From positions 1,512,108 to 1,576,107 of the forward strand of contig JAHCIY010000002.1 in the NCBI GenBank assembly GCA_026128965.1: 64,000 bases of DNA, in the 5' to 3' direction. The DNA comes from Labilithrix sp. (GTDB taxonomy: Bacteria; Myxococcota_A; Polyangia; Polyangiales; Polyangiaceae). The position numbers were made by a program, and so were the translations under genes. Under the pieces are notes generated by a model. The model made no database searches. It was not told where the DNA came from and saw only the letters and a list, made by a program, of their open reading frames with translations. Of the stretch, positions 19,213 to 27,713 are shown one piece after another; the first letter of the stretch is position 1, and the number at the start of each line of letters is the position of its first letter.

Positions 19213-20336
19213 GTGAGACGTTTTCGGAGCTGTATGCGCAGCTACCTCGGGGGAAAAGGTCTCCAAGGAATGCCGTTCTTCTCGGTCTCCTCGTTCTTCG
19301 CGCGGATAAAGCCGCCTCGGCCGTCGACAGTAATGCCATTTCGGCTGAGCTGAAACTGCGCCTCGGCAAGGCGGCTCCTGGCAATGTGCCTGACGTTTTG
19401 AGGAAGGCCATTCCTCGAGTGGAATGCACTCGGGTCGCTAAAAGCGGACTGCGTTGGCATCTCACGAGGACAGGTGTCGACGAGCTTCGATCATACGGAC
19501 TTCAAGTGTCGCAGGAGAAGGCGGCACCGCCTGCTCGGTCGTTCGATGTCGCCATTGTCTGCGCTCTGCACAGTCCTGAACTTCACGAGGTTCTGAACGC
19601 GTTCGGAGGCGAGTCGAAATGGCAGAGCCAGCCCGACTTCGGTCAAACCCACATATACAAATCAATTGACGTGCCGTTGTCGGGCGCACCGCCTCTGAGT
19701 GTTGTGGCCGGAGCCCCCACGCACATGGGGCTTACTGCAACTGCCATCATCTCCACGCAAATGCTGCTCATGTTTAGACCTCGGCTCATCGTGATGGTCG
19801 GAATTGCAGCGGGCACGAAGGCCTCGGGACGAAACTACGGTGACATCTTGGTCGCTAACCCCAGCGTGGACTACGCGTCCGGCAAGATTGCGGTAGTTGA
19901 CGGCGTTGAGACATTTCAGCCCGATCCGTTTCCCTTGCCGGTCGACTCCAGACTGCACACGCTGGTCCAGGAAGATCGACGTACGAGAGAGGGACTGGAC
20001 GAGATCGCTGGTACTTGGGGCGGCGCCCGGCCCCGAACTTCGCTCAATATCCACATTGGTGCACTCGGGGCAGCGGACCAAGTGGTTGATAGCGAAAAGC
20101 GAATCCTCGATATCAAGAAGAACTGGCGAAAGTTGATCGGCGTCGAGATGGAGACGTATGCCCTCTACCGTGCTGCGCATGAGGCCCCGCGGCCGAAGCC
20201 TCTCTACGTGAGCTTCAAGTCAGTCTGTGACTTTGCTGCCGCGAAGGACGACGCGTGGCAGGAGTACGCCGCCTTTACAGCGGCTCAGTACTGTCGCCGT
20301 TTCCTGCTCAAAAACTGGTCTGTGCTCAGTGCCTGA
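19209..20336 (+). CDS. fusion of the shared winged-helix-like domain (N-terminus) with a PNP/UDP-phosphorylase family nucleosidase (MTA/SAH-nucleosidase fold) domain (cassette gene B)
   Basis: The C-terminal 270 aa read FDVAIVCALHSPE...IVMVGIAAGT...GVEMETYALYRAA, which is the PNP_UDP_1 fold. The N-terminus PRNAVLLGLLVL...PGNVPDVLRKAI...KSGLRWHLTRTG resembles the domain in genes A and C. Confidence 0.7.
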   Translation: MSETFSELYAQLPRGKRSPRNAVLLGLLVLRADKAASAVDSNAISAELKLRLGKAAPGNVPDVLRKAIPRVECTRVAKSGLRWHLTRTGVDELRSYGLQVSQEKAAPPARSFDVAIVCALHSPELHEVLNAFGGESKWQSQPDFGQTHIYKSIDVPLSGAPPLSVVAGAPTHMGLTATAIISTQMLLMFRPRLIVMVGIAAGTKASGRNYGDILVANPSVDYASGKIAVVDGVETFQPDPFPLPVDSRLHTLVQEDRRTREGLDEIAGTWGGARPRTSLNIHIGALGAADQVVDSEKRILDIKKNWRKLIGVEMETYALYRAAHEAPRPKPLYVSFKSVCDFAAAKDDAWQEYAAFTAAQYCRRFLLKNWSVLSA

Positions 20337-20390
20337 CAACTGAGTTCATTCATATCCAATATTCATTTTCGTGCGAGCGCAAGAGCGCCA

Positions 20391-21020
20391 TTGGGGACAG
20401 GAAGCTTTATGAGCGAAGATGCGAAGTCTGATTTTATGGCGGCGGAAGAGATTAAGAAGATTCTGCACGGTCGGCAAAAGGCAGAACAGGAACGCATCGT
20501 CCGATGGGTGAGTGAGAGCCTTGAGCTTGCCGGTGCAGCGGTCAAGCCGAAGGTCGAACACGCGCACCCGGGCGTTCACGTTCCCGCGACGCTTGCGGAC
20601 ACGCCCTCGAGGCCCAGAGACGGAGAGGCAGGGCCCAAGGACTTTCGAAGCTTCTTCCAAGAGAAGCAGCCGAAGAACGATGTTCAGTTCGTGGCCGTGG
20701 CCGCGTACTACCACCGCTTCATGGCACCCGCCGCTGACCGCAAGGAGGCGATTTCGTCTGCAGACCTCCAGGACGCAGCGCGTCTCGCCCCCTGGACCGT
20801 TTTCGCGAAACCGAGCAAGACACTCGGCAACGCTGTGCGGCAAGGCTACATGAACGGCTCTGGAAGAGGCACGTACCGATTGAATGCAGTGGGCGAGAAC
20901 CTGGTGTCCATGACACTTCCGGGGACGGCCACGACTGGTTCAACTAAGGGCGGCCGCGGGAAGCGGCGACCATCGAAGAAGGCGGGAGCAAAGAAGTCAC
21001 GGAAGTCCGGCAAGGGATGA
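20391..21020 (+). CDS. hypothetical protein with the shared winged-helix-like domain and a Lys/Arg/Gly-rich C-terminal tail (cassette gene C)
   Basis: DFRSFFQEKQPKNDVQFVAVAAYYHRF...GRGTYRLNAVGE is a paralogue of gene A. The tail is GSTKGGRGKRRPSKKAGAKKSRKSGKG. ATGA overlap with the next gene. Confidence 0.6.
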   Translation: MGTGSFMSEDAKSDFMAAEEIKKILHGRQKAEQERIVRWVSESLELAGAAVKPKVEHAHPGVHVPATLADTPSRPRDGEAGPKDFRSFFQEKQPKNDVQFVAVAAYYHRFMAPAADRKEAISSADLQDAARLAPWTVFAKPSKTLGNAVRQGYMNGSGRGTYRLNAVGENLVSMTLPGTATTGSTKGGRGKRRPSKKAGAKKSRKSGKG

Positions 21021-21820
21021 GTGACACACTCGGACATATCGAGGCGGCCATCGCCGAGGTGGCACGGGCACGAAGCGCAGTGCAGCGTTCAAAGTCCCCC
21101 CAAGTCCGTGGCGCCGAAGAACGTGACGGTCTGAAGGCCGTGGCCTATGCGTGGTTCAAGACCCACAAGCCGCGCGTCGGAGACCTCGACGTGAGTGCTG
21201 TCGACAATGCATACCAGAAGGTTCTCGACGCCACCGCGAAGGCCGCCGCTCGGTCTACCTACGTGAGCACGCTGAAGGCGGCAAAGGACGCGCTCGTCAC
21301 TCTCCGTCGCCTTGTGACTGCAGTCCCTGTCCGGAATAGCAAGACGACAGCGGATGCGCCGCCGCCATTTGCGTCGCTTACCGGAGATGTCGCCATGCAG
21401 GAGATTCTCACCCGACGATGGACTGAGGTGCAGACCTGCATCAACGCGGGAGCCAATCTGGCGGCGACCGTGATGATGGGCGGCCTAATGGAGACGCTGC
21501 TTCTTGCGCGCATCAACGTCGTCGCGAACAAAGCCCCCATCTACACTGCGAAGAATGCACCCAAGGACAAGGCCGGCAAGACACTGTCGCTCAATGACTG
21601 GAAGTTGGTCGCCATGGTAGAAGTTGCGCACGAAGTTGGATGGATAACGAAGTCCGCCAAGGATGTCGGGAACGTCCTTAGAGACTTTCGGAACTACATT
21701 CACCCGCACAAGGAACACACCGATGGCATCTTGATAGGCGCGGAAGACGCGCGTGTGTTCTGGGAGGTTTGCGGGGCTATCAGTCGGCAACTCCTGGCCT
21801 CGACTGGCAAGATTCCCTGA
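21017..21820 (+). CDS. HEPN-like protein with a putative R-x6-H nuclease motif (cassette gene D)
   Basis: Alpha-helical protein. The C-terminal motif DFRNYIHPHKE fits the Rx4-6H pattern of HEPN RNases. Translationally coupled to gene C. Confidence 0.55.
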   Translation: MSDTLGHIEAAIAEVARARSAVQRSKSPQVRGAEERDGLKAVAYAWFKTHKPRVGDLDVSAVDNAYQKVLDATAKAAARSTYVSTLKAAKDALVTLRRLVTAVPVRNSKTTADAPPPFASLTGDVAMQEILTRRWTEVQTCINAGANLAATVMMGGLMETLLLARINVVANKAPIYTAKNAPKDKAGKTLSLNDWKLVAMVEVAHEVGWITKSAKDVGNVLRDFRNYIHPHKEHTDGILIGAEDARVFWEVCGAISRQLLASTGKIP

Positions 21821-21854
21821 ACCCCGCCGCAAGCAGCTCGTAGCAACTTCCCGC

Positions 21855-22499
21855 CTAAGACACGTCGTCTACACGACACAGCCGGACGCCGACACGCTGC
21901 CTGAGGTCGTGGTACGGCCCGCGTATCGCCCCCGCGCAACTACTCGCAGAATACCGCGGATCTTGGTCCGCACCCCGCCGCCCTCCCTGGTCCGCCACGG
22001 AGGGCGGAGTCGTTAGTAGGACCAGCGGGAGGATCTCGGACTCGGCGACGTAGAACCCGCCCGGTTGAGGGTTGAGTCGAATCTTCCCGTCATGGAAGAG
22101 GCGCCTGAGCTCTTCCCGTCCCTTGGAGACGTCCGCCATCAGGCGACGCTCGAGATCGAAGACCAGCGCGGTCATCCCCTCCGGCGTCGGGAGGGAGATC
22201 GGCACCGTGGCGTCGCGCTCGAGGGCCTTTACCTGGCGACGGAGGACCTTCGCTTCGGTTTCGAGCGTCTTCAACCGTTCGCGGATCGTCGGCGAACCTT
22301 GGCCGTCCGCGATGAAGTCGACCATCGACGAACCGCAGACCCCGCAGACAAGGAGCGAGGAGAAGAGGTACGAGCTCGCGCGTCCCGGAAGCGCGCGCCC
22401 CTTCGGCGAAGTCCGACGACATGATCGCGACGCTCGTCGTCTTCGGGCCACCGAGCTCGGGCGGCAACGTGAGGAAGGCATCGCCGTAGCGGTCTCCAT
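21855..22499 (-). pseudogene. C-terminal remnant of a second large serine recombinase (zinc ribbon + coiled coil)
   Basis: SSYLFSSLLVCGVCGSSMV...LKTLETEAKVLRRQVKALE parallels the C-terminus of 16773..18039. There is no catalytic or recombinase domain upstream. Confidence 0.55.
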
Positions 22500-22657
22500 T
22501 GTTGGCTACTGCCGTCCCTCAAAAGAACCCCTCGTGGCCATCCACTTCGTTCCGCCAAGGGCCTCGTCGGCGAATCACGTCGGCCGTGAAGATGACCGTC
22601 TCCGCTAGCGCGCTGTCGCTCTTGAGCGAGTTCGACACGTGCCAGCCGACGATCGAC

Positions 22658-22843
22658 CTAGACGACGCCCGCCCAGGTCGCATCGTAGGTGAGGTCGGCG
22701 ACCCAGAGCTGGTTCGGTCGCTCGGCGTGGAACTCTCGCGGCGCGAGGCCCGGCGGCCGCGGCGACGCGTCGTCGGCCTCGGTGGTGATCTTGAACGCGC
22801 GTCCGCGGACGGCGGCTGCGAAGCGTTCGCCACGAAGTGACAA
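22658..22843 (-). mobile_element. IS3-family transposase (rve integrase core) fragment
   Basis: FHAERPNQLWVADLTYDATWAGVV matches the start of the IS3 OrfB catalytic core. Only about 60 codons remain. Confidence 0.5.
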
Positions 22844-22884
22844 GTGGCGTCCCCTTCAGGTATGGTCGGCTCGGAAGCGCGGTC

Positions 22885-23577
22885 ATGGTCGTCTTGCGTC
22901 AGCGGAGCACGCGGATTCGTTTCGTCATCCCTCACGCGCTGTTGGCGTTGCTGGCCGTGGTTGCGGCGTGCAGCTCATCGAGCACGGCCGGTGGAACTGT
23001 GCCGTGCGAGGTCGAATGCGACGGGGACGAGGTCTGCTCCGCAGGGAAGTGCGTCCCAGCGACGGACGCCTCGACATCCGAGACGGGCACGAAGCAGGAC
23101 GGCGAGTCGTGCGTCATCACCGGCTCGAACTGTGACCCGTCTTGCTTGGAGTCCTGCGGTGCGTCGTCGTCCTGCGTCGACCGGTGCTGTCCCGATACGA
23201 AGGGCGCGGGCATCCTCTGCGGCGGTCAGTGCGTCGCGCCGAAATGCAAAAAGGGCGAGACCTCCTCGACGTGGGAGGGGTTCTCGGAGCGCGAGTGGAC
23301 CTGCTACGAGATAGCCGGCGGCTGCGACTGCACGAACACGTCGACGCGCGCCGAACTGGTGGCGGACGGCATGAAGATCTTGCCGAGCTGCGCTGGCGCC
23401 TCCTGCGCAATCGATCTCGACTCGCCTGCTCTGACCTGCACGTGCCGCGCGACGGGCACATCACTCCCGCGCGACTGCCCCGGGACCGTCTGCACGGCAG
23501 GCGTCTTGGCTTGCACGGGACCGTTCAACTTCAAGTGCGATGACCCGTGCGTCGGGGTCGCCGTGCTCCATCCGTAA
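22885..23577 (+). CDS. cysteine-rich secreted lipoprotein
   Basis: Signal peptide with lipobox (LLALLAVVAAC-SSS). More than 30 Cys in CxxC/CxC arrangements. Native high GC, so it lies outside the island. Confidence 0.6.
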   Translation: MVVLRQRSTRIRFVIPHALLALLAVVAACSSSSTAGGTVPCEVECDGDEVCSAGKCVPATDASTSETGTKQDGESCVITGSNCDPSCLESCGASSSCVDRCCPDTKGAGILCGGQCVAPKCKKGETSSTWEGFSEREWTCYEIAGGCDCTNTSTRAELVADGMKILPSCAGASCAIDLDSPALTCTCRATGTSLPRDCPGTVCTAGVLACTGPFNFKCDDPCVGVAVLHP

Positions 23578-23984
23578 ACGACACCTGGAACGGTCCGCCG
23601 AGCACGGCGCGGTAGCCGAGCTCCGGGCGCGGGTACCGTGCAAGCGTCATCTCCGCCAAACGGGCGACGTACGGTCCGATCGTGGTTCGTGCACGAGCAA
23701 GGCGCGCTCGTTTCGGTGCTCCGCGTGGCGGCGGCGCGTGACGAGCAGATGTTCGCTTCGATGCAAAGGAAGCCTGGATGAGAGGCGCATCGCGCGGGCG
23801 GATGGGAATCGGGCGCCGGGGGCTCGGCGATCGCGCGCTCGATCACGGCGGCGATGGTCGGGGATGGCCGGTGCGACGTGGCATCCGTCCCAGAAGGCGT
23901 CGGCGAAGTCGTACGGCGCGGCATGGCCGCTCCTGCGCTCTCCGCCTCGGCGGCCTCGTCGCGGCCTCGTGTTAGCCTCCGGGC

Positions 23985-26900
23985 GTGTGGGAGCGCTTTG
24001 AGCTTGGCGCGCGTGTGAACGGCGGCGGGATGGGGGACGTGTATCGCGCGGTCGATCGCGTGACGGGGGACGTCGTCGCGGTGAAGCGGATGCGCACCGT
24101 TCAGGCGGAGGCTACGCAGCGCTTCTTGCGGGAGAGCCGGCTCCTCGAGGCCGTGAGCCATCCTGGCATCGTGCGCTACGTCGCGCACGGCATCGATGAC
24201 GACGGCGCCGCGTGGCTCGCGATGGAGTGGCTCGATGGCGAAGACCTCGGGGAGCGGCTCGCGCGAAAGGCGCTCGCGCCGGCGGAGTCGCTCGAGGTGG
24301 CCGCGCTCGTCGCGGAGGCGCTCGGCGCCGCTCATCGCGCCGGCGTCGTCCATCGCGACGTGAAGCCGAGCAACGTGTTCCTCGTCGGCCGCGACCCGAA
24401 GGACGTGCGGCTGCTCGATCTCGGGATCGCGAAGCCGCTCCGCGGCACGGCGATCACGGCCGCCGGGATGATGGTCGGTACGATCGGTTATCTCTCGCCC
24501 GAGCAGGCGCGCGGCAAGCCCGTCGACGCGCGGAGCGACGTCTTCTCGCTCGGGTGTCTGCTCTTCGAGTGCCTCACCGGGCGGTCCGCCTATCACGCGG
24601 AGCACGCCGCCGCCGTGGTCGGGAAGCTCCTCACCGAGGCGCCGCCCGCGCCGAGCAGCGTCGACCCGAGCTTCGCGCGGTACGACGCATTGTTCGCGCG
24701 GTTGCTCGCGCCGCTCGAGCAGCGCCTCTCGGACGGCGCCGCCGTGGCGCGGGCGATCCGCGCGCTCGAAGCGGAGGCGTCGGGCGCGGCGGCGAAGTCG
24801 GTCCCGCCCTCGAAGCTCACCGACCGCGAACGACAGGCGCTCACCGTCGTGCTCGCGCGCCCGCATGGGCTCGACCCGAGCGGCGCGACCGAAGCGGAGG
24901 CCTCCGAAGAGCGCAAGCGACAGCGCCTCGCGCATGCGGCCGCGGCCGCACATGCACGGCATGAATGGCTGCCGGGCGGCCTCTTCCTCTTCGTTTGGGA
25001 GCTCGACTCGGCGCGCGATCAGACCATCCGCGCCGCGCGTTTCGCGCTCGCGCTGCAGCACGAAGGCGGATACACGATCGCGCTCGCGACCGGCTTCGGC
25101 GAGCGCGCCGGCTCGAACGCGGTCGGCGGCGTCATCGATCGCGCCGCGAGCCTCGTCTCGCGCGCGGGCGAGGTCTCCGTCGCGCTGGACCCCGCGTCGA
25201 TCGAGATCCTGCGCCATCGCTTCGAGATCGACGGCGCGCGGCTGGGCGCGGAGCTCGCGCGCGCGCACGAGATCGCGGACCGAACGCCGTTCGTCGGACG
25301 CGACCGCGAGATGCGGCTCATCACGAGCTTGCTCGACGAGTGCGTCGCCGACGGCACGACGCGGGCGATCCTCGTCACCGGCGAGGCCGGCGCGGGGAAG
25401 TCGCGGCTCCTGCGCGAGCTCCTGCGACGAAGCGCTCCCGAGCGCGTCTGGATCGCGCGCGGCGATCCGATGCGCCCGGGCTCGCCCTACACGATGCTCT
25501 CGCAGCTCCTTCGGCGCGCCGCGGGAATGAGCGCGACGGCGACCGATCGCGGGGCCTTCGTCCGCGCCCTCCGCGCGCTCGTCGCGGACGAAGGCGCGCT
25601 CGAGCTGCTCGCGCACGTCGCGGGCTTCGTCGATGAAGCGCCGAGCGCCGCGTTGCGCGCGGCGCAGAATAGCCCGTCCGTCATGGCGACGCACATCCGG
25701 CAGGCGGCCCTCGCCCTCTGCGCGGCGGGCGCGGGCGAAGGCCTGCTCGTCGTGATGCTCGAAGACCTGCATTGGGCGGACGCGCCGAGCCTTCGAGTCT
25801 TCGAGTCGCTCGTGCACGCGGTGGAGCACCCGATCTTCATCGTCGGCGCCGCGCGGCCGACCTTTCACGAGACGTTCCCCGGGATCTGGACGAGCCAGGG
25901 CGTCGAAGAGCTGCGCCTCGCCGGGCTCGCGCGCAAGGCCGCGGAGGCGCTCGCGCTCGCCCTTCGGCCCGGCGCGAGCAGCGAAGCCGTTCGCCACGCC
26001 GTCGATCGCGCCGGCGGCAGCCCGCTCTGGCTCGAAGAGCTGTTCCGGCACGGCGGGGGCGACTCCGCGGAGACGCCCGATTCGCTCCTCGCCGTCATCC
26101 AGACGCACTTGGCGCGGGAGCCGTCGAACGAGCGCCTCGTCCTGCGCGCGGCGGCGGTGTTCGGCGAGCGCGCGTGGCTCGACGGTATCGCCCTGCTCGC
26201 CGGACGAGCCGCGTCCGAGATCGAGCTCGCGGTCGCTTCTCTCGTCGAGAAGGAGTGGCTGGTGCCCCTCGAAGCGTCGCGCTTCGCCGGCGAGCGCGAG
26301 GTGCGCTTCCGCCATGGCCTGCTCCGCGACGCCGCCTACGCCGCCTTGACGAGCGAAGACCGCAAGGTGGGGCACCGCCTCGCGGCGGAGTGGCTCCGGG
26401 CCGCCGGTGAACGCGACGCGCTCTCGCTCGCGGAGCACTACGAGCGCTCCGAGACGCCGGCGGCGGCGATCCCACATTTCGTCGTCGCCGCGCGCGAAGC
26501 CTCGATGGCCAACGATCTCGACGCGGCGCTCCTGTGCGCTGCGCGCGGGATCGCGCTCGGCGCCACCGGCAGCGACCTGCATCGACTCTTGCTCGCCGAA
26601 GGGAGCGCGCTCAGCTGGCGTGGCAAGGTGAGGGAAGGCTGGCGATCGTTCGACCGTGCGTTGCGCGAGACGGCGACCGCGAGCGCGGATCCGGCCGTCG
26701 TCTCGTGGGCAGCGATGAGCGGCGCGATGAACATGGACGCGTCGATGACGAGGCGCGCCGCGAACGCGCTCGAGTCGCTCGACCCCGCCACGTGCCCCGG
26801 CGACGACTACCAGCAAGCCGCTAGCTTCGTCGTCGTCGCGCTCTATTGGGACGGCGAGCGCGAGCGCGCCGACGCGGTGCTCGCCAAGCTCGCGCTCCTG

Positions 26901-27713
26901 CCCGACGATCCCGATCCGCGGGCGCGCGGCTGGAACGCGCACAGCCGCGCGCAGCACGCCCGCTTCAGCCTGGGGAACACGTGGCTCGATCGAGCGGCGT
27001 GCTTGGAGAGCGAGCGGGCCTTCGAGGAGGCGCGCGACCCCGCGGGCTACGGCCACTCGCTCAGCCAGCTCGTCATCGCGGAGCTCTCGCTCGACGCGCG
27101 TGAAGAGGCGACGGCGTACGGTACACGCGGGTACGCGCAGGCGCAGAAGTACTCGTTGCCGATCCTGAACGCGTGGTCGCTCCCGGTGACCGCGCTCGCG
27201 ATGCCCGATCCCGCCTCGGCGAGGGCGCGCGTCGAAGAGTCGATCCGCAGCGCCTCGATGCTGGGCGACGGCGTCTTCGGCGCGTATTCGCTCGTGCTCA
27301 CGGCTCACGTGCAGCGCATCCTCGGCGATCCCGAAGGCGCGATCGACACGCTGACGAAGGTGCTGTCGCAGGAGCCGGCCTTCGCCGTCGACTGCGCCTG
27401 CCACATGCAGCTCGCCGGCGCGCTCTTCGAAGCCGGCCGCGCGGAGGAGGCCGCCGCGGAGTGCATGACCGTCGTCGCGGCGACGCAGCACCGGCATCTT
27501 CACGGCGCGCTCGACCTCGACTTCTTCGCGACGAGCGCCGAGACGATGCTCGCCGTCGGACAGGTCGATGCGTGCCGGATGGTGCTCGCGCGCGGGCAGA
27601 AGGTCATCGCGCGCCGCGCGGACGCGATCGACGAGCCCGCGCGACGAGAGCGCTTCCTGACGTGCACGTTCGCGCAGCGGCTTCGACGTGTCGCCGCCGA
27701 GCTCGCCCGGTGA
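23985..27713 (+). CDS. serine/threonine protein kinase with degenerate cyclase-like domain, AAA/STAND NTPase domain and TPR repeats
   Basis: Kinase motifs VAVKRM, HRDVKPSNV, DLGIAK. Walker A GEAGAGKSRLLRE. C-terminal TPR-like repeats. This is the myxobacterial PknK-like architecture. Confidence 0.85.
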   Translation: MWERFELGARVNGGGMGDVYRAVDRVTGDVVAVKRMRTVQAEATQRFLRESRLLEAVSHPGIVRYVAHGIDDDGAAWLAMEWLDGEDLGERLARKALAPAESLEVAALVAEALGAAHRAGVVHRDVKPSNVFLVGRDPKDVRLLDLGIAKPLRGTAITAAGMMVGTIGYLSPEQARGKPVDARSDVFSLGCLLFECLTGRSAYHAEHAAAVVGKLLTEAPPAPSSVDPSFARYDALFARLLAPLEQRLSDGAAVARAIRALEAEASGAAAKSVPPSKLTDRERQALTVVLARPHGLDPSGATEAEASEERKRQRLAHAAAAAHARHEWLPGGLFLFVWELDSARDQTIRAARFALALQHEGGYTIALATGFGERAGSNAVGGVIDRAASLVSRAGEVSVALDPASIEILRHRFEIDGARLGAELARAHEIADRTPFVGRDREMRLITSLLDECVADGTTRAILVTGEAGAGKSRLLRELLRRSAPERVWIARGDPMRPGSPYTMLSQLLRRAAGMSATATDRGAFVRALRALVADEGALELLAHVAGFVDEAPSAALRAAQNSPSVMATHIRQAALALCAAGAGEGLLVVMLEDLHWADAPSLRVFESLVHAVEHPIFIVGAARPTFHETFPGIWTSQGVEELRLAGLARKAAEALALALRPGASSEAVRHAVDRAGGSPLWLEELFRHGGGDSAETPDSLLAVIQTHLAREPSNERLVLRAAAVFGERAWLDGIALLAGRAASEIELAVASLVEKEWLVPLEASRFAGEREVRFRHGLLRDAAYAALTSEDRKVGHRLAAEWLRAAGERDALSLAEHYERSETPAAAIPHFVVAAREASMANDLDAALLCAARGIALGATGSDLHRLLLAEGSALSWRGKVREGWRSFDRALRETATASADPAVVSWAAMSGAMNMDASMTRRAANALESLDPATCPGDDYQQAASFVVVALYWDGERERADAVLAKLALLPDDPDPRARGWNAHSRAQHARFSLGNTWLDRAACLESERAFEEARDPAGYGHSLSQLVIAELSLDAREEATAYGTRGYAQAQKYSLPILNAWSLPVTALAMPDPASARARVEESIRSASMLGDGVFGAYSLVLTAHVQRILGDPEGAIDTLTKVLSQEPAFAVDCACHMQLAGALFEAGRAEEAAAECMTVVAATQHRHLHGALDLDFFATSAETMLAVGQVDACRMVLARGQKVIARRADAIDEPARRERFLTCTFAQRLRRVAAELAR

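Larger units (their letters stand above)
16724..22850. mobile_element. decayed integrative element / genomic island inserted next to the tRNA-fMet 3' end
   Basis: Serine recombinase genes lie directly downstream of the tRNA. A recombinase remnant plus an IS3 fragment sit at the far side. A low-GC four-gene cargo lies between them. No flanking direct repeat of the tRNA 3' end was found by eye. Confidence 0.6.

Noticed and set aside
22000-22900. Searched for a direct repeat of the tRNA-fMet 3' end (GGTTCAAATCCTACCCGCGCA) to mark the distal att site
   Set aside because: No convincing copy is visible by eye. The segment gttgagtcgaatcttcccg at about 22055 is too divergent. The island end coordinate is therefore approximate.
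23304-27503. 1399-aa ORF on the minus strand antisense to the STPK-AAA-TPR gene
   Set aside because: Arg/Gly/Ala/Asp-rich low-complexity translation with no domains. This is the typical off-frame open reading of greater than 70% GC DNA. The sense-strand kinase gene is clearly real.
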